Source of the DNA: the human T2T-CHM13v2.0 reference genome, Homo sapiens
Strand: one strand, 5' to 3'
Length of the DNA stretch: 64,000 bases
NCBI RefSeq assembly: GCF_009914755.1
Contig: NC_060929.1
Shown one piece after another: positions 14,320-33,962 of this stretch. The notes under the pieces are model-generated. The model was not told the DNA's origin. It searched no databases and saw only the letters and a program-made list of their open reading frames with translations. Position 1 is the first letter of the stretch. Each line of letters opens with the position of its first letter. The translations under genes and the position numbers were made by a program.

Positions 14320-15092
14320 CCCACAACAGCTGCAGATGTGTAGTTTACATCCCTTACACCTATCCGGTTTTGATATTAGGTTAATGTTGGTATTAGAGCA
14401 TGAGTTGGATAGTAGTCCCTTCTCTTTAATTTTCCGGAAGAATTTTAATTATTCTGTTTTAGATGTTTGGTAAAATTCACCAGTGAAATCACCTCAATCT
14501 GAGGCCTAATTTGTGGAAAATATTTTAAGTACACATTCATTTGGTTAGAAGATATAGAGCTAGTAAGGCTACCTATATTTTTTTGAATGAGCTTTGGCAG
14601 TTTGTGGTTTTCAAGATTTTTTAAATTTTGTCTAATAGTCAAATTTATTGGCATAAAGTTACTCACAAAACTCCTCTACCATTCCCATAATATCCATAGA
14701 ATAAGTAGTTATGGTACCTCTCCCATTCCTAATACTGTTATTTTGTGTCACCTTTATCTATTCATTCTACCTATAAGTTTATCAATATTATTGATTATCT
14801 AAAGAATACTTGTTTTGATTAATTTGTTTTTTCTTCACTATTTTTTGATTTTCTATCCCACCTCTTTCTACTCTGGTCTTTATTATTTTCTTTCTTCTGC
14901 TAAGTTTGAGCTTAATTTGCTCTTTTGTTTCTAGTTTTTTTTTCCAAAGGATGAAATTGAAGTTATTGATTCAATAACTTTTTTATTTTTAATATGGGCA
15001 TTTAGTGCTGTAAATTTTCTTTGGAATACTGCTTTAGCTGTATCTCACAAATATTGATGTATTATATTTTTATTTTGTATACAATATTTTCT

Positions 15093-17998
<2,906 letters not shown>

Positions 17999-18214
17999 TA
18001 GATTTCTTCTTTGAACCATAAATCATTTAGAGGCATCATGATATTTAATTTCCAAGTATTCTGGAGTAATTTTTTAGTTATCTTTTACCATTAATTTGTA
18101 ATTTCATTTCATTATTAATAATAAAATACTGATTTTTAATTTTATGTTATTTATAGCCATAAGGCATATTTTATATTAAATTATTTTGAATTTATTGAGA
18201 TTTGTTTTATGTTC

Positions 18215-18435
18215 TAGAAGCTGGCTAACATTTTCTATAGCGATCCAAATGGTAAATATTTTAGGCTTTGGGGCCATATAGTCTCTTTGTGTCACTCAAC
18301 TCTGTTATTGTAGAACAAAGGCAGCCATAGAAAAATGTATATTCATGAGCATGGATATATTCATTGAGACTTCCATTTACAAAAACAGGCACTAGGCCAA
18401 ATTTTGCCTAGAGATTGCAGTTAGCTGACCCTGGT
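18215..18435. mobile_element. hAT-Charlie MITE (MER58A-like)
   Basis: 'gtaaatattttaggctttggggccatatagtctct..actcaactctgttattgtag..aaggcagccatag' ... 'agttagctgaccctg'. Confidence 0.75.
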
Positions 18436-19580
18436 GGAGAATATGGACTACTTTGGTAAATGCTCTGTCTCCACAGGAAATGAAAATGTATTCTTCTGTT
18501 TGGGTAGACTAGCCTTAAAGTGACAATTAGGTAAAGTTGGCTGATGATGTCATTCAAGTTCTTATTACTTTTCTAGTTTTTAAATCAATTATTGAGAGAC
18601 GAATGCTTAAAGCATCATTTACCATCGTGAATTGTGTAAATTAAATTTCAGATTTTATCAGTTTTTACTTTATGTGCTTTAAATCTCTGTTATTAGGTAC
18701 ATTTAGGAATGTTCTCATGATAAAATAACCACTTCATTGCTGTGAAGTAACCCTCTTTTTTTGTTTTTTTGCTCTAAAATTTACTATGCCAGATATTTAT
18801 GTACTCATCTGCCATTCTTCCGACTAATATTAGCATAAGTTATATTCTTCAAATCCTTTTCAAAAACATTTTTGTTTAATATTTAAAGTGTATATCTTAA
18901 TGGAATAATATGATTGAGTCTTGTTTTTTCATTCAACTTGACAGTTTCTGTCTTTTAATTGAGTGTTCCAATGATGTACGTTTCTTGTATTTATTGATAC
19001 AGTTGCATTAATTCTTCTATCTTGCAATTTGTTTCTATTTACTATCAATTTTTGTTCTTTTCTTCTGCTTCTGCCTTCCTTGTGATTAAATAAGTTTTAA
19101 AATGATTTTTATCTTTCTTATTGATTTTTTAGACATAAATCTTCGTTCTGATTTTTTTACTGGACTTTAGGGTTTACAGTATATATCTGTAATTTATCAC
19201 ATTCAACCTTGAAATAGTATTCTATCTTATGTATGGCATAAGAACCTTACAATACTGTAATTCTTTCTCTTCCCTCTTATTCAGTGAGCTATTATAATTA
19301 TGTTTTATTATTTTATGTATAACAGCCACAGTTTATTATTATCTTGCTTTAAATAGCCAATTATTTTAAAAGAAATTTAAATAAGAAAAAACTTATTTCA
19401 ATATTTATTCACATAATTACAATTTCTAGGGTTCTTTTTTCCTGTATGTAGATCCAGATTTTTTTTGCCGTCATTTTCCTTCTGCATCAAGAACTGCCTT
19501 TAGCATTTGTTGTACTGAAGGTCTGCAAATAGTAAATTACTTTGTATGTTTTTGAGTGTTGGAATAGTCTTCATCCGACT

Positions 19581-20400
19581 TTTTTTTTGTTTTTTTAATT
19601 AGTTAATTTTTATTCAGTCATAATACATACAAAATTCTAAACTGAGTACATAGCTTGATTACTTTTTACTTATGTATACACCCATATAACTAACTGTCTT
19701 CCACATCAGGATACAGAACATTGGTGCAGCATGACATACATCCCCCTTGGACATTTTTCCAGTCAATAACATCATACATTATCATTAATTCATTTTCCCA
19801 TTCTTGAACTTTCTATAAATAAAATCATGCATTATGACCTCTTTCGTAACTGGCTTATTGCATGTACGACAGTTCTTTTATTATTATTATTTGTATGTAG
19901 TATCCCATGACTTGATACATCACAATTTATGTTTTCAGCTTGCTTACTGTTGATAGTTTTTATTGTTTATAGCATTTGGTTATAATAAATAAAGAAGTTA
20001 TGAACATTATTGTACATTTCTTTTGGTGTACGAATACACTGATGTTTCTTGAATATATACCTAGGAGTGGATTGCTGGATCATAGGATAACATATGGTTA
20101 GCTTTAAGCATTGTTGACAGTTTTCCAAAGTATTTTTACCAAATCACACTCCAACTCTCAAATGAAAATTTCAGTTGCTCCATATTTTTACCAACATTTA
20201 TTATGTTAAATAATGTTTTCTTTTATCCATTGCAGTTGATGCATAGGAAAGGATCTTGTTGCCTTCACTTTATTTGATGACTAATTATACACTTTGACTA
20301 CATTGATATTTATATCATACACACACAATACCACTTTAAAAACTGTGCCCATTAAAAAAATTGGGGCAATTTTCTCTTAATAATTTGTGAGAATTCTTTA
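19581..20400 (-). mobile_element. Old L1M 3' end
   Basis: T-rich tail then 'atatatacctaggagtggattgctggatcata', 'agttttccaaagt' L1 3' motifs. Confidence 0.7.
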
Positions 20401-20461
20401 TGTTTTCTCTTTTTTTGTTTAAATTCTAAAGATTTACTAGTATTGTAATTATACCTAATAA

Positions 20462-21600
20462 TTTTTTTACAATTTCAACTTTATTACTGACCAAAGTGTA
20501 CACATTTAGGTATGTCACATGGGTATACTGAGTGACATTGAGGCTTGGGATCCCAGTGATCCTGTTACCTAAGCAGTAAGCATAGTATACAACACCTGGT
20601 TCTTCAGCCCATACCCCCTTCTTTCTTCAGTCATCTAATGGTTCCCAGTGTTTGTTGTTCTCATCTTCACATTTATGTGTATTCAGCACTTAGCTCCCCT
20701 TAATAAGTGAGAACATGTGGTATTTGGTTTTCTGTTCTTGCATAACTGTGTTTTGTTCTTGCATCAAACCAGGTGCTTTAGTTTTTCTATCCTAAGCATC
20801 TGTTTGCTTAAGATAATGGCCTCTAGCTCCATTCATTTTACTACAAAGGTCATGATCTCATTAATTTTTATGGCTGCAGAGTATTCCATGGTGCATATAT
20901 ACCACATTATTTTCTTTATCCAAACCACTGTTGATGTGCACCTAGTTTGATTTCATGTCTTTGTTATTGTGAATAGCACTGCAATGCACATATAGGTGCA
21001 TATATCTTTTTGATAGAATGAATTATTTTTCCTTTAGGTATATATCCAACAGTAGAGGGATTGCTGGGTCAAATTGTAGTTCTATTTCAAGTTATTTGCA
21101 CAATCTCCAGTTTGCTTTCCACAATGACTGAACCAGTTTGCATTCCTACCAACAGTGTATGAGTTGTATGAGTGTTCCCTTTTCTCTGCATCCTTGCTAA
21201 CATCTATTGTTTTTTGCCTTTTTAATGACAGCCATTCTGACTGGTGTGAGATGGAATCTCATTGTGGTTTTTATTTGCATTTCTCTAACGATTAGTGATG
21301 TTGAGCATTTTTTCATGTTTGTTAGCCACTTGTACATCTTCTTTCAGGAAGTTTCTGTTCGTGTCCTTTGCCCATTTTTTAATTGGATGTTTGGGTTTTT
21401 GCTTGTTGATTTGTTTACATTTCTTACAGATTCTGGATAATAGACCTTTGTCATATACATAGTTTGCAAACATATTCTCCCATTCTGTAGGTTGTTTATT
21501 TATTCTCTTGATAGTTTCTCTTGCTGTGCTGAAGCTCTTCGGTGTATTTATGTCCCATTTGTCAACTTTAGTTTTGTTGCAATTGCTTTTGGGGACTTAG
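20462..21600 (-). mobile_element. L1PA15/16-like 3' end
   Basis: 'taagtgagaacatgtggtatttggttttctgttc' 3' UTR and antisense ORF2 C-terminus (ORF 21285..21473). Confidence 0.85.
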
Positions 21601-22433
21601 CAATATCTGGCATATAAAATTGCAGTACAAGTCTTTCAAATTTGAAATTTTACTGGTACAATATAAAGACAAAGGTATATAGTCACTATAGAGTGCCCAA
21701 ACTTTCCTGTAAGAACCATTGTTTTTCTTAATGTAGAATGATTAATGCATATTCTACAAGGGGCAGTTAGGTTAGAAATTTTATACGGTATGCCTGGACA
21801 TAATTTTCAAATTATACAATAACACAAACAACTTTGTTAAGACCATGTTTCGTTTTCTGGTCAATGGATAAAAGGCTATGTAATTTATTTTCAAGGGTTT
21901 TGTTTAAAGTCTATGCTCATGAAAAGTTGGAAAGACAAATCACAGAAAGTTTTAATATATCTTACATAATTTTGTTTGTACAAAAATACAAATTAAATAT
22001 AAACAAAAATCAATGATGATAATTTAATGCCAATCTATTTTATATAATCTTCAGTTATATATAAAAATTTCACAGTTCTGCTATTGTGAAAGAATACCAA
22101 ATTGAATTACTATCTATTGATACAGGGCCTTCAAAAGCTTACATTAGCATTACTTTTCTTCATGGTTAATTGTGTTTTCTAATTTGAGATTACCTAAACA
22201 CTAAGAAAAAAGAAAAAAACAATATAAGGACAGTGTGTTCATAAACCATCAAATAATTTGGCTGGAACATATTATAAAACACAAAGAAACTTCACATATA
22301 TGTACAATGAACATTACGCATTACACACACACAGAGGTGAACAAGTGTGTGCATGCATACAAACACACACCCGCATGCACACATAGCCAGTCATAAAATA
22401 AAGCCTAATGAGGCATTGCTTCCAGTTCCATCA

Positions 22434-22595
<162 letters not shown>

Positions 22596-22812
22596 TTATT
22601 GAGTTCAGCAAATGAGTCCTTGAAGGCATTCATTCCAAAGCTCTTGGTTGCAACATAACTAAACTTGAAGGAACAATTTCAGATATCTCTTGTTAACCTG
22701 TAGCACAGCTCCAACAGAACAGAAGGTAATATTTTTAATGCTTCATTTTTTGTTGTTTTTGTTTCATGCCTTCTGCTATTTTTTTAAGATATTAAATACC
22801 TACACAATTCTA

Positions 22813-22986
<174 letters not shown>

Positions 22987-23030
22987 TCACCCTATATTCT
23001 CTCATATGCTTAAAAATTTCATAACTATCA

Positions 23031-26204
<3,174 letters not shown>

Positions 26205-27051
26205 TCAATCCAATCTGCATTTTTCACCGTGAAGAAAACATTTCTTCTGTGAGTGACAGAGCCCTCAGGAGCAGCTTTTACTTCTTGAGAGATGCTCACC
26301 ATACTTTTCAAGAATGTCATTCCATCTCTTATCATTAAATATATCTCTTGGAAAATTAACTGGTCTTTAATCCTGCAATGACTAGTCTGTTGTTCATTCC
26401 ATCTAGTGAATTTTTTATTTAAGACATTGTAATTTTTATCTCTATAAGTTTGATTTGGTCTCTTTTAAATCTCTTATGCTTCTACGTACTTTGCTCAAAA
26501 TTTCTTTCAAGCTGTTGAATATATAGATATATTGAATATCGACAATATTTTATTTCCTAACCTGGGTGGTGGATACTTGGTGTCTGCTTCACATTATTTG
26601 TTAAACTTTACATTTATATTTTGTATAATTTTCTGCATATGTGTTATGTTTCAAATAGAAGCTTAGATACCCAACTGCATTTATTGAGGACATTATCTTT
26701 TCTGCATTGTGTATTCTTGCAAACTTAACAAAGATTAATCCACCATGTATGCCTGGGTTTATTTCTGGGTTCTGTATTCTATACTGTTGGTCTATGTGTC
26801 TATTTTTATGCCAATATTATATTGTTTTGATTATCATAGCTCTATAATATAGTTTGAAATCAGAAAATAGGCTTTCTTGTTATTTCTCAAGATTGCTTTG
26901 GCTAGTCTTTCATGGTTCCATATAAACTTTAAGATTTTTTTTATTTCTTTGAAAAATGCCATTGGGATTTTGATAGGGATTGCATTGAATCGGTAGATCA
27001 TGCTGAGTAGTATAAATATTTTAACTATATAATTTTTTTCTAATCTACTAA

Positions 27052-27359
<308 letters not shown>

Positions 27360-28060
27360 CATTTTTTGTCTTCAATTTCTTTTACCAATTTATTATCATT
27401 GTCAGTGTAGAGCTCTTTTACCTGCTTGGTTAAATTTATTGCCAAGTTAAAAGCTTCTGCACAGGAAAGGAAACAATTGACAAAATGAAAAGGAATGAGA
27501 GAAACTATTTGTAAACCACATATCTGATAAGGGGTTCATATGCAAAATATATAAGTAACTCACACAACTCAGTAGCAAAAACCAAATAAACCAATAAAAT
27601 TATGGACAAAGAACCTGAATAGACTTTAAAAAAAAAGACATACAAATGGCCAATGGGTATATGAAAATGTGCTCAATATCAGTAATCGTCATGGAAATGC
27701 ATACCAAAACTACAGTAAGATATCACTTCATACCTGTTAGAATTGCTATTATCAAAAAGACAAAAGACAACAAGTATTGGCAAGGGTATTAAGATAAGGG
27801 GACACTAGTAAACTGTTGGTGGGAATGTAAATTGGCATACCCATTATGCAAAAACAGTATAAAGTTTTCTCAACAAAATTAAAAGTATAACTACCATAAT
27901 ATCCAACAATTCTACTTCTATGTGTATATTCAAAAGAAATAAAATCAGTATCTCAAAAAGATCTCTGCACTCCAACGTTCTTTGCAGCATTATTCAGAAT
28001 AGCCAAGATACAGAATCAATTTAAGTGTCCATCAACAGATGAATCAATAAAGAAACTGTG

Positions 28061-28098
28061 ATCATTAGACGAGTGTCAGGATGGCCAAGTAGTCTAAG
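28061..28098 (+). pseudogene. Tailless tRNA-Leu (CAA/CAG) 5'-fragment retrocopy with probable 5' leader
   Basis: 28075-28098 GTCAGGATGGCCAAGTAGTCTAAG matches the tRNA-Leu(CAA) 5' end GTCAGGATGGCCGAGTGGTCTAAG at 22/24; flanked by direct repeat AAGAAACTGTG (28050-28060, 28096-28106). Confidence 0.8.
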
Positions 28099-28669
28099 AA
28101 ACTGTGTCTCACATACATATATGTATACATATATATATAGACACACACACAATGGAATATTATTCAATCATAAAAGGATGGAAATCCTGCCATTTGTGTT
28201 AAAGTGAAAAGCTGGAGGATGCTATGCTAAGTGAAATAATCCAGGCACAGAAAGACAAATATTACATCATTTCACTCACATATGGAATCTAAGAAAGTTG
28301 AACTCAGAAGCTGCGAGTAGAATGGTGGTTACAGGGGCTGGGAGGTGGGAAAAATGAGGAAAGGTTGATTAGATGGTATAAACTTATATGATAGGTAAGT
28401 TCTGTAATCTAATGTACAGCAAGGCAGCTATGTGTAATCATAATGGATTGTATACTTGAAATTTGCTGAGAGATGTTGTGTTCTCTCTCACACACACACA
28501 CACACACAAGGTAACAATGTGAGGTGATAGAAGTATTATTTAGCTTGATTGTGGTAATTATTTTGGAATGTATACACATATCAATTTTCATTTGTCTATT
28601 ATCCTTCAATAAAGCTGTAAAATCGTATTAAAAAATAAAGTAGGTGGTTTGATGTTTCAGCCGTTATAT

Positions 28670-29405
28670 AAGCTCCACATTCAAAACATATCCCAAACCA
28701 CTTTTCACCACCTTTACCATTATTCCACTGACCCAAGCCTTCATCATTCATTAACTTGTTAGCAGCATTAGCCACCCACCTGGACTTCCTTCTGCCCCAT
28801 TCCTCTATAGTTCACTTTTGACTCAAAAGCTAATGCCATTCTTTTAAAATATAAGTTAAACCATATCATTTCTCTGCTCAAATCTCACTGATTTTTCACC
28901 TCATTCAGAATCAAAATTAAGGAGTTTTCGTGGTTACAAGACCTTCAATGATCTGGCATCCTGTTCTCTCTCTTTCTTCAAATGTACTCCCTCTATTTTA
29001 GCCACAGTATCCTCCCTTCTGTTCCTCTAACTCACTGAATACCCACCTGCTTTGGAGACATTGGTTTTACAACATCCTCTGCCTAGAATGCTCTTCTCAC
29101 TGGCACCCCCATAGCTCACTCCCTTATCTCCATCATATATATATTCATATTTTATCTTTTTGGTAAGACTTTTCTGCTTTTCTCATTTAAACCAATCTGC
29201 TTCCACTGGTATCCTCTATTAACTACTCTGTCATATATACATCTATCATACTGTATATTTTACAATTTTTTTTGCCTTTCTGAAACTAAAACTCTGTGAG
29301 GGAAATGATTTTTGTCACTTCTTAAAAATTCATTGAATGAACCCTCAGTGCCTATATCAGTGCCTGTTATAAAGTAAGAACTCATTAAATATTTGTTGAA
29401 CAAAT
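28670..29405 (+). mobile_element. L2 3' fragment
   Basis: 'catttctctgctcaaat', 'cctctgcctagaatgctctt', terminal 'aaatatttgttgaa'. Confidence 0.7.
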
Positions 29406-30424
29406 ACTCTTAGCTATAATTCTCTACTTTCAGGTATTTTATCCTCCTTGAAATTAAAAAAAAAAAAAAGCCCTAGCCTCCATTACTTATTTCGGTGGCT
29501 TGTAGGTAATATGCAATTAATACATTGTTTGTTGAAATAACAGTATACCTAGCTTGTGGCATTGTAGTGCTCTTATCCTAATGGCTACAGATGGGAAGTA
29601 GGAGTGTGCACTCTGAGGTTCTATTCCTGGATTTTTCTCTGATTGCATTCAACATACATGAATATTCAGTAGCTGTTTATTTCAGGACCTAAATATCAAA
29701 CACTCATTTAGTAAAATGTTGGTATGGAAAGCACTGGACAAGCCACTGAAGATTAAAATAAAGACTACATTTTCTTCCAAGCTCCCAAAATATGCCTGCA
29801 AAATGAAATGTGTCCCTGCATTCCACAGTGTACTGCTAAACGTGCATTTGCATATGCAGATGCCAAATTCTTCTGACAGATCAGTTAATTGCAAACACAA
29901 AACAGCCACTGAGGACATATTTACTTCCCTTGTAAAGGCCAGTACAGTTGTGTGGGCCATAAATGAATGCATGCTGCTGGATTTGCAGGAATAGTTTCAC
30001 AGACTGGAAATGATTACCTCTTCACTGAAATAGATTAGGAAGCAGTTGGTGTCAGTTATAAAGGCTTCTGTTTTCTCAAACAGGAAATATTGCTTGTTTT
30101 CCATGAAAGTATGTTACTGGTCACAGAAAACTACCCGTATGCCTCAACCCTATTAGTCTGGAATGGCAGCACTCACTCACCTGTCTTTAATTATACCTGA
30201 TGGCATTTTGAAAGTCCTGGAAAAAGCCAATTGCTCTTGCTCCCAGGTTATAGAGTCCATAATGGCTATAGTGCGGGAGTGGAGTTTTTGACTCCACTCC
30301 AGATAGTCAAAGTCTCTTTTAAAATAGTGACTTGGTCCTGTAACAGGACTTACATATATATAGACTGATCAATGCAGAGCATAACAGAACTAATATGTCC
30401 CATATTGTATGAGTCTATTGAAAA

Positions 30425-30600
30425 TATTCATAAAATGTTAAAGCAGGCATCTGATCTAAAATTATCACTTTACAGATGGGATAAAGCAGGCCCAAAAAGG
30501 TGAAGTGATTTGTCCAAAGTCACAGAGCTAGTTACTAAGAGAGTAGGGATTAAAACTCAGGATGCCTGACTTCTGATACTATGCTCTTTCCACTGTATTA
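30425..30600 (-). mobile_element. MIR
   Basis: 'ttttacagatgggataaagcaggcccaaaaaggtgaagtgatttgtccaaagtcacagagctagt' MIR core. Confidence 0.8.
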
Positions 30601-30624
30601 CTTTCAGTCACAGGCCTACCTGTT

Positions 30625-30822
30625 AGCCATACTGGTTCTGAAATATTTCCATTTTTTAAAAGTCACCCAAGGAGCAAATTAAAATGTTGATCTTTGAGGC
30701 CATTCCCTACCCACTAGAGACTCTAATTTAAAAAGTAAGTGAAAGAGCCTCAGAATTGTTTTGGCATGTACCCTAGGGGAATCTGATGTAGATGGCATCA
30801 GGCCACAACTTGAGAAATGTGG
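30625..30822. mobile_element. hAT-Charlie MITE (MER5-like)
   Basis: 'ggttctgaaa' ... 'aatctgatgtagatggcatcaggccacaacttgagaaa'. Confidence 0.6.
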
Positions 30823-31914
30823 GTAAGTGACAGGATACCACTATGGAAGATGTGTAGTACATAGATTAGTATCATTACTGTAGAGTAATGATGAAAGACT
30901 TGCATTTATAGTATTGGCTTTGCGACTTACTAACAATGATCTGCATTTGAATGAATTTATTATTCAGCTTGAGTCTGTTACCTATCTGTAAAATGGGAAT
31001 TAATTGGGAAATATTGAGAATTACATATACAAATTGTATACGTGTGTGTGTGCATGTGTGTGTATTTAATATACTCTAAATGAAAATAGAAAAATATATT
31101 TTTCCTTGTCCATACCTTAGTCTTCTTATTGTTTCTCCACTAGCCCCACCAAATCTACAACAAAACGTGCCTGTCTAGGAAATCAGGTAGGATGTCAGCA
31201 AGATTGTTCGTCTATTCTTTAAAATACTATTTTCTTTTTCCTTCCTATGGGCCTTAAAATGGCCAATTGCATTCAAGAAACCTGGTGAGAACACATTTCT
31301 GATTGAGAGGAAATATGTTTAAGTCATTTAGACATTTCCACATGTTTATTCCCACCTGGGTTAGAGGTCTTTTGGTCAAGTGAGCTTGTCAAGTACAGTG
31401 AAAATATACACAACCTAGGTTGTCATTTATATATATAGGCTTATGGGATGCTAAAATAAATGTCTACCAGAGATAAAATAAATAAGGGCTTCAAATCATC
31501 CAAAATGGTTACTTAAGTGCCACTTTGTCATCAATTGTCTAAAGTAACTTGATTGCAAAGATTCTAAGGATAGATGGTGAAAACAGACTCAAGTGTGAAG
31601 TGACAGATATGCCAAGAAAAAATGGAGATGGATGTCTCCATTTTTACTCAGAGAATTCTGAGTAACTGTAAGGCCATCTGAGCACTTCAGATAGCTCAGA
31701 TCACCTAGGAATCAGACACTGTGATTGACTTCAAGTTGTTAACATTTAAAAGCATTCAGAGTGACAATCAGTTAGCTTGGCTACAGTAATGCATTTTCCA
31801 GTAAAAACATTCCTAAACTTCACATGCTAGTTGGTGGTGGTGGCAGGAGTGATACCTGTGCTAGTAGTCATGTTATGGATTCTCTACTTTTGTCTTCTAA
31901 AAATCTAGATAAGT

Positions 31915-32175
31915 AGCACAGCATACGGAATGAAAGCGGAAATTTAGAGTTGAGGAAGATGAAGATTTAAATCTAGTTTGGAACTTCCTACCTGTGTGAA
32001 CTTGGGCAAATTGCTTAAAGTACTCAAGTTTCTATTTTTCACCTGTATAACAAGAATGAATCATTGACTTTAAAGACTATGTAGTTAAACTGGTTTATAT
32101 AATTATTTTATATAAATAATTTGATATGTAATTTAATTCTACAGTCACTGAATCATAAAAGGTAATCAATAAATC
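31915..32175 (+). mobile_element. MIR
   Basis: 'ctgtgtgaacttgggcaaattgcttaaagtactcaagtttctatttttcacctgtataa'. Confidence 0.7.
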
Positions 32176-33104
32176 CTTCCTCCTTGGTCATCATCATTAT
32201 CATCATCATCACCATAGCAGTGGTGGTAATAGTAATTAAAGTTCTAGAAAAAGGGTGATTTTTATTTTTAATGATGTAGCCTAATTCTACTTTAACCTGT
32301 CTAAAACTGACTAATATTTAGATTGTTTGAATGATATTCTACTCAAAAATCAATTTTCCCAGTGGTAATGAATAAATAATGAAAATTTCCAAAAGAAGAA
32401 AAGGATTCAGAATAATCCAGGTTATTTTAAACAGTTGAAGACCAACAGAATTAATGTCGCAGAACCTATTCAGTAGATGCACAGATCTCAAATCTGTGTT
32501 TATTCTTTGACTTTTAGGGCAATAAGAGTTAGAGTCGCCATTTGAATCTGCTTAAAAACAAATAATGAACTTAAAACATACTGATAAATTTTCAAAATGC
32601 CAAGACCTTGACCAGAGTTTCTACATTAATAAGTTACTATCAATTTCTCCCTAGATGGAAAAAATACTAAAAAGTCAGAGGTTCCCATGGGAAGACTGAG
32701 CCTTAGTGAGTTTATATTGTGGGCACTCCGGCTTCTTCTCAGGTGTCCTATTGTCCCATTTTTCATTTTCATTTAGACCCAACAAACTGCTCACTGGAAG
32801 ATGCTAATGAGGTTATTTTAGTTGAGGTGTAAGCAACTGATATAGCTTTGTAAATCCTCTTTTTTTCATTTGTATAAATTCATGGGTTATAAGTGTAATT
32901 TTCAGGATTGATGAGGAATAAGAGTTTTATGATGTCAAACATTAGCAAGTAGGTAATAGACAAAAGAATAGGTATGTTTTTGCATATAGGAATCATATTT
33001 TACATTTTTTGCTATATCTATGTAAAAATCATATACATCCATTGAGGAAAATCTGAATGTCATCTACATACTTAATGCTCAGACTTAAGTAACCCAAATT
33101 TTGT

Positions 33105-33962
33105 GCATACAAAATTAAAACCACAATGAGATATCACCTCACACCTGTTAGGGTAGCTATTATCAAAAAGAGAAGAGGTAAGTGTTGGTGAGGATGTGAG
33201 GAAAATGAAATCTTTATACACCATTGGTAGAAATGTAGATTAGTACAGTTATTATATAATACACTATAGAGGTTCCTAAAAAAAATTAAAAATAGAACTA
33301 CCATATGATCCAGCAATCCCACTTATAGGTATCTAGAAGAAATGAAATCAGTCAGGGAAATATCTGCACTCCCATGTACATTCCAATATTATTTACAATA
33401 GCCAAGCTATGGATTCAACCTAAGCGTCCACTGACAGATGAATGGATGAAGAAAATCTGATATATTCATAGAATGGAATACTATTCAGCATTAAAAAATA
33501 ATAAAATCTCGTCATTTGCAAAAACGTGGAGGAACCTGGAGAACATCATGCCAAGTGAAACAAGACTGATACAAAAAGACAAATACTGCATTATCTCTTA
33601 TGTGAAGAATCTAAAAAACTTGAACTCATAGAATCAGAGGGTAGAATGGTGGTTATACCAGTGGTTAGGAGGAAGGAGGAGTAGAGAGATGAGAGTCAAA
33701 GAACACAAAATTTCAATAGACAGGAGATATGAACATAAGAAATATATTGTATAACATGGTGACTATAGTCAATAACAATGTATTGTATACTTGAAAATTA
33801 CTAAGAGTAGATTTTAAATGTCCTCATAACAAAAAATATGTGTATAAGGCTATTGATATGTTAATTAGCTTTATTTAGCTGTCTGTGATGTATGCATATA
33901 TCAACAGGTTGTATACCATAAATATACACAAATTTTATTCATCAATTAAAAGAAAGGAAAGA
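33105..33962 (+). mobile_element. L1MA 3' end
   Basis: 'aaaaccacaatgagatatcacctcacacctgttagg', 'aatgtattgtatacttgaaaattactaagagtagatttt', A-rich tail. Confidence 0.88.

Noticed and set aside
32093-32122. AT-only near-palindrome
   Set aside because: Imperfect and expected in low-complexity AT-rich DNA
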